Assembly (NCBI GenBank): GCA_951406725.2
Contig: OX597815.1
Coordinates: forward strand, 85,436,001-85,500,000
Length of the DNA stretch: 64,000 nucleotides
Source of the DNA: Octopus vulgaris
Taxonomy: Eukaryota
Reading direction: 5' to 3'
Made by a program: the position numbers and the translations under genes. The notes below the pieces were generated by a model that was not told the DNA's origin, did not search any database, and saw nothing but the letters and a program-made list of their open reading frames with translations. This document shows positions 1 through 14,157 of the stretch, piece after piece; within the stretch, counting starts at the first letter, position 1; every line of letters starts with the position of its first letter.

Positions 1-1310
1 GCACAACACATGACCATACCAGCGCAGTCGTCTCTCTTGCACACCACATATGATGCTTCTTAAATCCAACTTTTCTCTCGGTGCTTACATGCTGTCGTGT
101 GTGCACACTGACATTATGCATCTAGCGGAGCATACTAGCTTCATTCCTTGCAAGCTTACGCATGTCCTCAGCAGTTACGGCCCATGTTTCACTGCCATGT
201 AGCATGGCTGTTCGCACACATGCGTCATATAGTCTACCTTTTATTCTGAACGAGGGGCCCTTTGTCACCAGCAGAGGTAGGAGCTTTCTGGACTTTGCCC
301 AGGCTATTCTTATTCTAGCAGCTACACTCTCAGAGCATCCACCTCCGCTACTGATTTGGTCACCTAGGTAACGGAAGCTATTAACTATTTCTAGTTTTTC
401 TCCCTGTCATGTGACGAAAGCTGATTTCTGCACATTTTCAGTGCTTATTGCCTTTGAACATTTGCCACACACAAAAACTATCTTCCCAGTTAGCCTTCCT
501 TTGATATTGCTGCACCTCTTCTGTGTCCATAGCTTACACCGGGTACATCTTATGGAGTTTCTACCTACACTTTTTCTACAGATCGAGCAGGGCCATCTAC
601 CTGAAGAGATTTGTGACTTGTCTGCCTTCCTACTTTAAGACTTTGGTTTTTGCTACATTAACTCTAAAGCCCTTCGATTCTAGACCTTGCTTCCACACCT
701 GAATAAGAGGGAGCTGAGGACTGATCTTTGGTGGACCCCTACTTCTACCCGGAATTCTTCACTACACTCGTTGCCAACCCTCACCTTACTGACAGCATCC
801 CTGTACATGGCTCGTACAGCTCTCACCAACCATTATATATCACTAGTTTCCGTATTGACCACCAGATAATGGATCGGGGGAACCTGTCAAAAGCTTTCTC
901 CATGTCAACGAAAGCCAGGTACAGAGGTTTATCTTTGGCTAGGTATTTCTCCTGCAGTTGTCTTACCAGAAATATGGCATCAGTGGTGTTTTTCCCTGGC
1001 ATAAACTCAAACTGCATCTCCTCTAAACTGACTCTCTCCCTAATTAGTTGGGCTATGACCCTCTTCTTGACTTTCATTACCTGATACCTCTATAATAATT
1101 CGTATCTAATACATCACCTTTGTAGCAGTTTACTATGGTACAGCTACACCAGTCATTGGGTATCACTCTTTCATGTATCACTTGATTGACTATGCAGGTG
1201 ACTAAATTATAGCCGACACCACCAGATATTTTAAGCATCTCTCTGGTGATTCCTGATGGCCCGGGGGCTTTCCCTGTCTTTATTCCCTTTTCGCAACTTT
1301 CACCCACCTT
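1..1310 (-). mobile_element. RTE-clade LINE reverse transcriptase fragment (degenerate)
   Basis: GKAPGPSGI, YRGI, QFEFMPGKNTTDAIFLVRQLQEK...AFVDMEKAFDR, GVHQRSVLSSLLF; frameshifts, and a deletion near 700 removes the YADD region. Confidence 0.85.
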
Positions 1311-1389
1311 TCGATAAATTCACTCGTGGACAGAACTTCCCTCTCCACTCTCAATGTCCTTTTCAAGTGAAACTTCAAAAGTCAATCAA

Positions 1390-3775
1390 AGAAGAATGTA
1401 TTTGTCCTCATGCCTTTCAATCTTGTCCACCAAACAACCTCTTTCGCCACAGCTACCAGGCAAAGGAAAACTGTCTTGCCTGCCCGATTGAAGGAGGGCG
1501 GTGATACAATCATCACTACAGACTCGACCGACAGACGGATCCGTCCCACTCGGGACAGGACAGCAGCTGTTCAACATAATCCTACAAGTCAGCAATGCCC
1601 AGACACTGAACGAAGGCGTGCAGAACTGTTTCGTCACTCTGTGCGCACCTCGGACAAGTCAGTCTGATCGCGCATCCGTGCCTGTAGTGCTTGCTCGAAT
1701 CGGTAGCGCCCCCTGGTAGCACTGCCAGGCCAAGGACATCTGGAAATTATCCATGGTAGTTCCTGACCGGAAAGTCCCCCGGAACAGGCTAGCCAGTTCA
1801 TTCTCGTCGGCGCCCAGAGTCTCCCCGAGAACGTCGTTGCACTTTCCTGCCACTAATCCTCTAAAAATTTCTAAAGCGGAATATCCACCGATTCCATTGC
1901 CCGGCTGGTAGAGGGTTGTAGACGCCTGACGATATTCTATGTGCCAGGCGCCCAGTCTCGGTCTTTTCTTCACCAGGACTGCAGCTCCGTCAAGGTGACG
2001 AGATGCTGAAAGATGAGCTTCACAAACGGAGCCCACAGACGCTTACCGTCCAGAAATCGTTGCAGGTAGCGAAATCTAAGTGCGTGCCTGCGCATTAGGA
2101 GCCACGGCATACCTAATCCGCCACTCAGAGGATGCTGGCACCAGAGAGACCACCTGACCATTGGAAAGAGTCCTTCCACAAGAATTTAAATAAGAGACGC
2201 TCCAACATTCTAAAGCAGTAACCGGGACAAGGCACGGCGGTCAGGCGATAAATGATAACGGAGGCAATATAAGCATTCGGCACTTCTGCCCGACCTTTCA
2301 GGGTCAGCTTTCTTTCAGACCATTACTGGGTAAGACTGGCCACCTTGTTCGCCACCTCGTCCCAGTTCTTATCAACCGGGAGGTCGGGACCAAACCAAAC
2401 CAAAACCCGAGCACTTTAACTGGTCAATGGTCCAGCGTCCGTCGCCATCCGATGGCATCGTCCTGCCTCTCCAGGAGCCCAACCTTAAACCAACAGATTT
2501 GTCGGTGTTGATTTTAGCCTCTGTAACTGACTCATATTCCTTTAGGATGGTGCCTGTTGTCTCTACTTCGGAGGCGCCCGACACCATGACTGTGACATCG
2601 TCCGCGTATGCTGACACTGGCTATGCTTGTCCGAGTTCGAAAAGGAAGCCCCTTTGCTGTTCCAACTTTCGCAACAGTGGCTCGAGTGCGAATACGTATA
2701 GAAGAGGCGACAGCGGACAGCCCTGACGGACCTAGCGTACGATACCAAACGGCTCCGATAGGTGGCCGTTTACTTTGACCACTGAACAGTTGCCGCTGTG
2801 CATTGCAGCAATCCACCCTCTGAAAACGGGTTCGAAACCGTCTGCTTTCAGGACGACTTCGAAGTATGATGATCGACCCTATCGAATGCTTTTGATTGAT
2901 CCAAATGGATCAGAGCACTCCAGAAGCCAGCTGTGGTCCCATCCCTCTCTATGATGTATCGCATAAGGTGGAGGTTGTCGTAGATAGACCTGCTCGGGAT
3001 TGCGCACGTTTGCGCTCCTCCGACCAGGCTACCGACGACAAGCACCAATCTTTTCGCTAACACCTCGGCCAAAATCTTAAATTCTGTGTTTAAGTTACGG
3101 GCCGAAAATTATCTAGTACGTCCCCATTTTCGGCGTCCTTCCTTAGCAGTGTCCCCACACCTCTGCTAACAACACTAGAAATTCTCCCGTTCTGTTACCA
3201 GTTGCTGTAGCCGTCTGCTAAGAGGTCGCCAAACAAATCTGGCATGAATACATCGGATTCGTAGGGCATACCATCCAAACCGGGCCATCTGCGACTTGTG
3301 CGCTCGCTCATCGCCTCCCGAATTTCAGCGGCTGCTATCGGCCTTTCACAAAACCTCGCGTCAGCTGCCGAGAGCCGCGGCAAGATGTCCAGGTACGTAC
3401 TAAAGTCCAGCACCGTCGTCGACCCATCACCATCTCCAAACAGCTGCGCGAAGTGCTGCCGAAAAGTTGCACACCTTTGCTCGAAGTCAAAGACCTGATC
3501 GTGGTTTTGTTTCCACGTCACGGCTCCACGGTTCGAGCCCATCGGACAGCTTTAGTTCCTTCCTGTTTCACTGTACGGGCCTTAGCTTTAACAACGCAAC
3601 CTTCGTGTTTCGCTTCGAAGAAATGATCAAGGGTAATTCTCGCCGCTAACACATCGGTTGCAAAACCCTTTTTAATCACCCTTTTTAATTTGCTAATTAG
3701 TTCACCCTCTAATCTATTCTTTTCTGTTGCTAACTCTTTTCTAAACGCTATCGATTCTGCTCTAATCGCCCTCTG
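1390..3775 (-). mobile_element. L1/Tx1-clade LINE ORF2 fragment (degenerate)
   Basis: PGLDGMPYE, LAKRL...AQTCAIP, LDQSKAFDRVDH, GCPLSPLLYVFALEPLL, SAYADDVTV, GGLGMP; several frameshifts. Confidence 0.85.
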
Positions 3776-5135
3776 AAAGGATGAAAGGCAGGTCGCCCTC
3801 GGCGGAATTTGAACTCAGAATGTAGCGACAGACAAAATACCTATTTCTTTATTACGTACTAGGGGCTAAACACAGAGAGGACAAACAAGGACAGACAAAC
3901 GGATTATGTCGATTATATCGACCCCGAAAGGATGAAAGGCAAAGTCGACCTCGGCGGAGTTTCAACTCAGAACTCAGAACATAGCGACAGACAAAATACT
4001 GTTAAGCATTTTGCTCGGTGTGCTAACGATTCTGCCTGCTCCCCACCTTAATAATAATAATATTTTTTACTATAGGCACATGGCCTGAAATTAATTACAT
4101 CAACCCCAGTGTTTCATTGATATTTAATTTATCGACCCCGGAAGGATGAAAGGCAAAGTCGCCCTCGGCAGAATTTGAACTCAGAACGTAGCGACGGGCG
4201 AAATACCCATTTCTTTACTACCCATAGAGAGGACAAACAAGGACAGACAAACGGATTAAGTCGATTATATCGACCCCAGTGCGTTACTGGTACTTATTTA
4301 ATCGACCCCGAAAGGATGAAAGGCAAAGTCGACCTCGGCGGAATTTGAACTTAGAACGTAACAGCAGACGAAATACCGCTAAGCATTTCGCCTGGCGTGC
4401 TAACGTTTCTGCCAGCTCACCGCCTTAATAATAATGATAATAATAATGGTTTCAAGTTTTGCCACAAGGGCAGCCATTTTGGGGGAGGGGCTAAGGCGAT
4501 TACATCTACCCCAGTGTGTCACTTGTACTTATTTTATCGACCCCGAAAGGATGAAAAGTAAAGTCGGCCTCGGTGGAATTTGAACTCAGAACATATCGAC
4601 GGGCGAAATACCGCTAAGCATTTTGTCCAGCGCGCTAACAATTCTTCCAACTGGATGCATTATTATTATCATCATTATTATTATCCTTTCTACTATAGGC
4701 ACAAGGCCTGAAATCTTATGGGGAAGGGCTAGTCGATTACATCGACCTCTGTGCGTAACTGGTACTAATTTTATCGATCCCGTAAGAATGAAAGGGTAAA
4801 GTTGACCTCGGCGGAAGTTGAACTCAGAACATGAAGTCGGACGAAATACCCCTAAGCATTTCGGCCGGCGCACTAACGATTTTTCCAGCTCGGCGCCATA
4901 ATAATAATAATAATAATCCTTTCTACTAGAGACACAAGGCCTCAAATTTGGCGGAGTATGGGTGGAGTTGATTAGTCAGTCACATCGACCCCAGTCGATG
5001 GTACTTAATTTATCGACTCCAAAAGGATGAAAGGCACATTCGACCTCGGCGGAATTTGAACTCAGAACGTAACGACAGACGAAATACCATTAATCATATC
5101 GTCCAGCGTGCCAACAATTCTGCAAGCACGACGCC

Positions 5136-5140
<5 letters not shown>
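3775..5140 (-). mobile_element. Head-to-tail cluster of about 6-7 tRNA-derived SINE copies
   Basis: Recurrent GGATGAAAGGCAAAGTCGACCTCGGCGGAATTTGAACTCAGAAC...GCTAAGCATTTCGC units (B-box-like GAGTTCAAATTCC on -), mostly separated by (TAA)n. Confidence 0.9.
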
Positions 5141-5170
<30 letters not shown>

Positions 5171-5173
<3 letters not shown>

Positions 5174-6220
5174 AGCACTCAGAGAGCGCAAACCTCCGTC
5201 AAGGTAACACCAACATCCTCTCAACGATTAGCCGGAGATGATTTTTAAAATGAGAATATCTGAGATAAACTTGATTGCTCTCACAAACAAGAATACTAAA
5301 ACTGAACCCGACCGCTCTAAAATATTCAGTAAAAATAATCCAGAATCCGTGTCCGGTACCTGATCGATCCCAATGGTAGTCATGGAATGTGAAGGTGGGT
5401 ATGCGGGTCGTGTTTGTAATGCTGTGTGTGTGTCGTCTGCAGTGGAAACAGGGACAGTTTTCTCTATGAAGGCCTTTTTTAGTCTATCCACTGATATAGT
5501 GTCTTTACGACCATTAAGGTCTATAGTGAAAAAATTATCTGTGCGTGAAAGAAAACGGAAAGGACCTACATACGGTGAAGTTAACGGAAGTTTAACAACA
5601 TCGTTGCGCACAAAGACGTGAGTTCAAGAAGTAAAGCTTCTTTCAAGGCAGAGCTAGAAATGCAATTGTCCAGTAGGTAAAAGGTTTTAAACAGGAGAGA
5701 TATACCCCAAATTGGTAAAACTAAAAATTGTTGAGGATAAATTAAATTTATTATTGTTACTGAATATGTTAGTGTTATTTAACTAATGAACGGTTTCGCT
5801 GCCGTTTGTTTATGTATGATTTCTTTATCCATCAGTTTCTACTAAGATAGAGACGCGAGTAAAACTAACAATAGAGAAACGAAAATAAAACTATGGAAAC
5901 AGCAACGCCGCCATAACTTACGTGGAAATCACGAGCGTGTTTTTTAAGGGAGATAATCGGAAAAAAAGACTTGAAAGTGAAAGTAAGATCGTAATACTTC
6001 ATGTAAAGTAAATATAACAAATAATCCAGAATCCTTGTCTGATACAGGATCGATCCCAAACCCTAATCAATTCGTGCCAGTCACGAGGCCAAACATCCCT
6101 GGAAGCTTCATCCGAATCCCTCCAGCGGTTCTTGAGATATCTTGTCAACGGACAAACAAACGAACAAACAAACACGTCTGAAAACAATACCCCCCACTTT
6201 CGCTAAGGCGGAGGTAATAA
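5171..6220. mobile_element. Helentron-associated (HINE-like) non-autonomous element carrying an insert
   Basis: Subterminal inverted motif ACCTCCGTCAAGG (about 5191) / AAGGCGGAGGT (about 6205), (ACAA)n tract near the 3' end; family call from recalled structure. Confidence 0.5.
5374..5621 (-). mobile_element. Gypsy LTR-retrotransposon integrase C-terminal (GPY/F) fragment
   Basis: VFVRNDVVKLPLTSPYVGPFRFLSRTDNFFTIDLNGRKDTISVDRLKKAF. Confidence 0.85.
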
Positions 6221-6242
6221 TAATCAACAAGAGTGCATTTTG

Positions 6243-6660
6243 CATAAAAAAGCCAATATGAGAGTTTCTCTCATAGTATCTACTGCATGTATTTTTTTTT
6301 TAACGGAACTTCCACGTTTAAGTGGGGATAAATATTACTTCTCGGTATTAATGCTCTGTTACGAATATATATTTTTAAATAAGTTCACACTGGCTAATTA
6401 TGACACCAGCACTTGTTCTGGCAAGGTCTTTCTATATATCGCCGGGGAGGTGGGGATCAATCGAGGGCATATTATTGACAAGACCAAGGAAAGTCGAAGT
6501 CACGTGATTTGGTGATCTTGGCGCTGGAGGTAGCGATATAGACAAGAGTACATTTTCCATAAAAAAGGCCAATAGGAGAGTTTCTGTCATGGTATCTACC
6601 GCAGTATAGCTTGTTCTGACGGAACATCCAAGTTTAACTGGGCATAAATATTACCTCTCA
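6243..6660 (+). repeat. Diverged ~100-bp direct repeat (about 6243-6345 and 6558-6660)
   Basis: CATAAAAAAG(G)CCAATA.GAGAGTTTCT.TCAT.GTATCTAC...ACGGAAC.TCCA.GTTTAA.TGGG.ATAAATATTAC.TCTC present twice. Confidence 0.75.
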
Positions 6661-6664
6661 ATAA

Positions 6665-7660
6665 TAATGGTTTCAAATTTTGGCACAAGGCCAGTAGTCT
6701 CGAGGAAGTGGTTAGGTCAGTTACATCGTTCCCAGTGCTCAACTGGTATTTATCTTATCGAACCCCGAAAGGATGAAAGGCAAAGTTGACCTCGGCGGAA
6801 TTTGAATCCAGAACGTAAAGACAGACGAAATGTCGCCAAGCATTTTGCTCGGCGTGGTAACAATTCTATCGATACTGCTTCTGCTAATAATCACGACAAT
6901 GGTTTCTTTTATCGACCAGAAAAGATGGAAGGCAAAGTCGACCCCGGCGGAGTTTGAACTCAAATCATAAAGACGCACGAAATGTTGCTGAACATTTTGC
7001 CTGGCGTGCTAGCGATTCTGTTGGCTGCTGCTGCTAATAATAAGCCTTTCTACTGAAGGCAGAACTCCTGAAATTTTTTCGGGGAGGGGATTAGTCGATT
7101 ACATCGACTCCAGTATTTTACTGGTACTCAATTTATCGACCCCAAAAGGATGAAAGGCAAAATTGACCTCGGTGGAATTTGAACTCAGAACATGAAGACG
7201 GACGAAATGTTGCTAAGCATTATCGCTTAACGGTTCAGCTAACTCGTCGCTTTTATGGTGATGATGATGATGATGATAATAATCTTTTCTACTAAAGGCA
7301 CAAGGCCTGAAATTATGGAGGAGGAGGCTAGTTGATTATATCGACCTCAGTGCTTAACTGGCATTTATTTCATCTAACACGAAAGATGAAATGCAAAGTC
7401 GATCTCGGCGGAATTAGAACTCGGAACGTAAAGATGGACGGAATATATAATATAAAAGGAAAGAAAGAAAGAAAAAATAATGGCTTCAAATTTTGGTACA
7501 GGGCCAGCAGTTTTTGAAAGAACGAGGAAGTCGATTACATCGACCCCAGTACTTGACCGGTACCTATTTTATTGAATTCGAAAAGATAATGGCAAAATTG
7601 ACCTGGGTGTTATTTGAACGCTGAACGTAAAGAGCTGGAACAAATGCCGCTAGATATTTT
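6665..7660 (-). mobile_element. Second cluster of about 5 copies of the same SINE family
   Basis: Same core as 3775-5140, all on the minus strand. Confidence 0.85.
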
Positions 7661-8559
7661 TGTTAAATGCTGAAACTTGTAACAGTGTAGAAACAACAAC
7701 GGATATAAATAAATTGTTATTATAAGGAGAATAATATAAACAGTTGTGGAGGCGCAATGGCCCAGTGGTTGTTGATCTTTAAATTAATGTTATTCTACAA
7801 GCAAGGAAATTCATTTTAGTCTATGTTGATTGACTTGGTAAAAAAACCATCGAATGTCCATTTTTACGTTAGTATGAGAACTCGATCCTTTCGCTGTCAT
7901 TAACATTAACTCGACTGCACGTATTGAATACATTTCTCTTAGATTTGTATTTTCAATAACAGATTCTCATTGCCTACATGCGTGCGCGCAAACATATACG
8001 CACGCAATACATACATACATACATACACACACCCATCCACCCATCCATCCATCCATCCATCCATCCATCCATCCATCCATCCATCCATCCATCCATACAC
8101 ACACATGCACATATTTATATGTGTATAATCGTGTCGTCAAAACTATTTACAAATGGAACTGATATTGTCTTTTAAAATGTGAGTGTTCAAATAATTTGTT
8201 GTAAATTGCAACATGCACATTATTATGATATATTACAAATATTTGCGACGCCACTGCATCAGCTTCCGTTTCGGCTCTATACGTACATTTGCTTACATAT
8301 ATACGTTGACTCACATGGATACAAAGACACCCGTCCACCTTATTTACAAAAGCACATGTGGCGTATTTTTATATAGCATTTGAAAATTAAGCATCTCTAT
8401 CTTCAAGATAAAGATTAAAACTATTTTAAAAGATTCTCTGAAAAACAAAACAAAATGACAAAGTATTTTTAAAATGTTTCTGAAAAGGCTCACATTAATT
8501 CTCAGGAAAAACAATCTGCTAAAAATGAAGTGTCATACTTTCGCGAAGTCAATTATTTT

Positions 8560-8596
8560 GCCTGCTTGCAGAAAGATTGTTGATAATGTTAAGAAA

Positions 8597-8629
<33 letters not shown>

Positions 8630-9200
8630 TAAAAAAGAACTATCAAACGATATAGTTCGTAGATGCATTTTAGAATTATCGGCTAACATCGAGGAAAATG
8701 TATGCCCTGTTAAGCATTCGAATTGTACTGTGCAAGTTGATGAGTCAACAGTCAATAATAATGGAATATAGCTATTCATTCTTTTTACTGAGGGAGATCA
8801 AACAGTAAATTAGTTTTTTTCATTGCAAAGAATTGGCAGTAAAATGGAAATTATAATGGAAGTCATGTACTGGTATTTACATCACTAACGCTCCCTCTTT
8901 GCTAGGCTGTATAAAAAGGTTTGTAAAAGAGCAAAACCCGGATGTCGTTATAACTCGGTGCTTTGTGCAACGAGGCGTTGGTTGCAAAAACATTGGAGTT
9001 GAATTAAAACATGTTTTAGATGAAGTTGTCAAAACAGTTAATTATATTAAAAGCAGCCCATTAAAGATTCGTTTGTTCAGTTTGTATTGACATAGATTCG
9101 CGGTACAGACTCTTACATTTTTCACACCAAAGTGAGAGGGTTCTCAAGGTAGAAGGTGCTCTGTCTTCTGAATGAGCTCCAGAAAAGGTTCATTCATATC
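8560..9200 (+). mobile_element. hAT (Buster/Charlie-type) transposase remnant
   Basis: VQVDEST; VVITRCFVQR...ELKHVLDEVVKTVNYIKSSPLKIRLFSL resembles the THC-x-x-H...VNFIK-x-x-PL-x-x-RLF block. Confidence 0.75.
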
Positions 9201-9499
9201 TGCCGGAGAAATAAACATTGGAAATGCTTTGTCTTCTTGCAGAAGCTGTAGAGGCTACTTAAAGACATTAAATTTCTTTTGATGGTGACTAAAATCGTAA
9301 TATTGTAAACTGCTCCATTTCTTTCGGAGATATATCAGGGTCACAAGCGTTTCAATCCTTAACCTATACGCTTCGCTTTCATAAGTTGTTTGAAAGTTCT
9401 TATCAGACAATATGCTTTGAAGTTAGCAATCACACTTCGATCCATTGGCTGAAACAAAGAGGTTGTAATTTAGAAGATATGTTATTTAAATTCCCTGGG

Positions 9500-10164
9500 T
9501 GTCTTGGTGTATTGTCTAAAAGGAGCACTGCTTTGTTGGAAAATCTGACATTTAGGCAGATCCAGATGGTTTTCTTTGAACGTTTCCTGACCCAGGATCT
9601 GTGTTGGCTTCATCAGTTTGAGCCAGAGACAAAAAGATAATCCATGCAATGGAAATCGTTCCATCTGCAGGCTAGCTAATGGCCTCAGGTTTTGGGGATG
9701 CAAAAGGCATTATGTTTATTGACGATCTTCAAAAAGGCTACACCATCAAAGAAGCAGTTATGAAAGGCTATCAAGACCAAGCTTCCAGAGAAACTGATAA
9801 AGGAGTCTTGTTTCATCAAACCAATACTCTATACAAATCCTTGGTTTCAATGGCTGATGTGCATGACTGTGGCTTTGAACTGGTTGATCACACTCCCTAT
9901 TCTCCTGATTTGACCCTATCTGATTATCAACTGTGGCCCAACATGAAAAACCTCTTGGCTGGGAACCAGTGTCGCAGTGATGATGACATCATGTCTGTTG
10001 TTACTTCTAGTTACTTTCAAAGTCTTCTTTTAGACAGTCAGATCATCAGGAAAGAAGCAACGCAGTTATTAATAAGAAGGGTTGAAATTAACGCATACAA
10101 AATTTCTCTGCTCTAGCATCACTCCTTCATAGTCAGCCTATGAACCTTTCAGCCCACCCTCGTA
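9500..10164 (+). mobile_element. Mariner transposase remnant with right TIR
   Basis: LTQDLCWLHQFEPETKR*SMQWK, GFELVDHTPYSPDLTLSDYQLWPNMK; ends GAACCTTTCAGCCCACCCTCGTA. Confidence 0.85.
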
Positions 10165-10574
10165 ACAATTCTGCTGATACACTTAATTATATTTACCTTC
10201 AATAGCAAAGTTGATCTCAGCAGTATTTGAACTCAGAGTGAAGAGAACCGGAACAAATACTGCAACGTATTTTGGTATTTTGTTCTCTGCATTAACGACT
10301 CTTTCAACCAGCCGCATAGCTTTAAAGCTTGATTAGGGCTGATCTGGAGGCTAAACAACAGCAGAGATATCAACAACGTAATGACATTAACAGAAAAGAA
10401 GCTGAAAAATGCTGTTGTCGATAATTTGTACTGGAGACAAATTATTGTTTGATGTATACAGGCCTACTGTAGGCTGTAATGATAATGCTAGGTTTTCTTG
10501 AATAATGTATATATATATCTCTTCTGAGATATGATTCGGTAATAAGAGATTACTTGTCTGAGCATTTACTATAA

Positions 10575-10616
<42 letters not shown>

Positions 10617-10644
10617 AATGTATAAATATAACATATATGTAAAT

Positions 10645-10681
<37 letters not shown>

Positions 10682-10691
10682 AATATATATG

Positions 10692-10735
<44 letters not shown>

Positions 10736-10907
10736 TATAAATATATATAAATATATATATTTATATATATATATACATATATATATACACAGACACATAT
10801 ATTGTAAATGCCCATACATATGCATACATACATATGTATGTGAGTATATGTGCATGTGTATGTGTGTGTATCTGTGTACGTGCGCTCGCGCGCGTGCGAG
10901 TGTGAGT

Positions 10908-10938
<31 letters not shown>

Positions 10939-10970
10939 CGCTCACTCGCGCGCGTGCGTGTGTGTTGCGT
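10575..10970. repeat. Compound (TA)n/(CA)n/(TG)n microsatellite
   Basis: Direct reading. Confidence 0.95.
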
Positions 10971-11786
10971 ATTTATATTTTGGGGAAATATACTGATGGT
11001 TTTTATGAATACATGTGGTCTGTAATTGAAATGACGCCTTATGAAAATTAGTTTTGACGCTGGTTTCTCTTTTGTATCTAACATGAATATTTTTGTTTGC
11101 TTAGTATTGTTTGAAATTTTGATACATACACAAGAATTTTTGAAATTTCGATACACACAATAATAATTAAAAAAAAAGACAACACACGAGACACAAGTTT
11201 TAACAAATATTCTACCAGTTTAACACTTAACGTTTCTGACGCAAAGACCTTCATCACAAAAATGTATAGTGGAAAAGTATAGGAAGAATGTGGAAGGGGA
11301 AAAGAGGTTGAGAAAAAGGAAAAAAAAAGAAGAAAATGAACGGGGGTTTAGCGGCTTGGTGAGAATGTAGCTCTATTAGAGGAGTTAAGGAGAAAGCAGG
11401 AAGTGAAGCTGTGTGTATGTACGCGTAGCAGTGTATCCATGTTTTGGGACAGACATAAGGAGATTTGTTATAATTGTGTGGGTTTTTGGCATGTGCGTAT
11501 ATGTATAGGGGTTGTACAAATACGGAAGAATACTGGCATGAGTTAATGAAGGCGTGGAGTGTTGGTGCACCTATGTGTCTGTGTGTATGTACTCGTTGTG
11601 TGTGTGTGAAGAATGAGTGGATGTGTGGAGGTTGGAGTGGGCATTAAAATTATGTGAACACATGCATACACGTGCACACACAGATATACATACATACATA
11701 CATACATACACACATACAAACCATCATACATACATACATACATACATACATACATACATACATACATACATACATACATACATACA

Positions 11787-11834
<48 letters not shown>

Positions 11835-11845
11835 TACATACATAT

Positions 11846-12215
11846 AGGCGCAGGGTGGCTGTATGGTAAGTAGCCTGCTTACCAACCACACGGTTCCGGG
11901 TTCAGTCCCACTGCGTGGCATCTTGGGAAAGGGCCGACCAAAGCCTTGTGAGTGGATTTGGTAGACGGAAATTGAAAGAAGCCTGTCGTATATATATATG
12001 TATATATATGTGTGTGTGTTTGTGTGTCTGTGTTTGTCCCCCCAGCATCGCTTGACAACCGATGCTGGCATGTTTACGTCCCCGTTACTTAGCGGCAAAA
12101 GAGACCGATAGAGTAAGTACTAGGCTTACAAAGAATAAGACCTGGGAACTATTTGCTCGACTAAAAGGTGGTGCTCCAGCATGGCCGCAGTCAAATGACT
12201 GAAACAAGTAAAAAA
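11846..12215 (+). mobile_element. tRNA-derived SINE, second family
   Basis: A-box-like TGGCTGTATGG, B-box-like GGTTCAGTCCC, tail GGTGCTCCAGCATGGCCGCAGTCAAATGACTGAAACAAGTAAAA; another copy at 42445-42860 (-). Confidence 0.85.
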
Positions 12216-12285
12216 GAAAAAAAGAAAAAATACATACATACATACATACATACATACATAAATACATACATACGCACACACATAT

Positions 12286-13123
<838 letters not shown>

Positions 13124-13506
13124 GTATATATATATATATGTATATATATATGTATGTATGCATATGTATAATTTGTATACATCAATGTATATACATATAT
13201 CCAAACATACACACACACACACATACACACACATATACATGTTTCTACTATACATGCTCAGATGTTTTAATTATTGACTTCCTAAGCATTGTATGTTTGA
13301 TGCTATAATTGTACCTTCGAGTAAATCTCAGTTTTCTCAGCTGATACTGTATAATTAAACTAAATTAAATACACCGAACAACAATAAACAACTGTCTTTA
13401 TACAAATTATTTGCGCTCAGAAAACAGAGGTAGTTAATTTAGTCTAATTACGCATGCAGTGCCGGTGAAAAATCTTACATTCACTTAAAGATACAATTAC
13501 AAATTT

Positions 13507-13526
13507 CATATATACATATATATACA

Positions 13527-13596
<70 letters not shown>

Positions 13597-13608
13597 CATA
13601 TATGTATA

Positions 13609-13657
<49 letters not shown>

Positions 13658-13700
13658 GTGTATATATATATATGTATATATATATGTATATATATATATG

Positions 13701-13760
<60 letters not shown>

Positions 13761-13885
13761 CATACATATATATACACATGCATATATATATATGCTTATA
13801 CACACATATATATACATATATATATATACATTCATATACACACATATGCACACACACACACACGTGCGCACGCACACACACACAT
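13507..13885. repeat. (TA)n-rich compound microsatellite
   Basis: Direct reading. Confidence 0.95.
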
Positions 13886-14157
13886 TAATTGATGAAGGAA
13901 GCGGAAGACAGATTTAGCACTAGTCTTTATTCAGTACAACAATCATTTTGACCCATCCTGAAACTGCCCGTTTGGGGTAAGAATTCGTGCATCTAATAGG
14001 TACAAGCATAAAGAAAGGGACGTTTCAGTAGATATATTGAGTTGTCCTAGGTATGTTGTTGTTCCCTGCTATATTTTGGTTATGACCGATTAATGGAGCT
14101 AGCTACAGTTGTCCGTGAGTATATCACATAAAATTAAAATCATACAATTATAAAATA
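13886..14157. repeat. Left arm of a ~270-bp inverted repeat (partner 17735-18006)
   Basis: e.g. CTAGTCTTTATTCAGTACAACAATC and GGGGTAAGAATTCGTGCATCTAATAGGTACAAGCATAAAGAA match the reverse complement of the partner. Confidence 0.9.

Noticed and set aside
3775-7660. Regularly spaced repeats as a CRISPR-like array
   Set aside because: Units are ~200-bp diverged SINEs in eukaryotic DNA; no unique spacers or cas genes
11222-11264. Minus-strand GUGAUGA...GAAACGUU hammerhead-like string
   Set aside because: C3 is lost and stems I and II are weak; may be a decayed relative but not supportable
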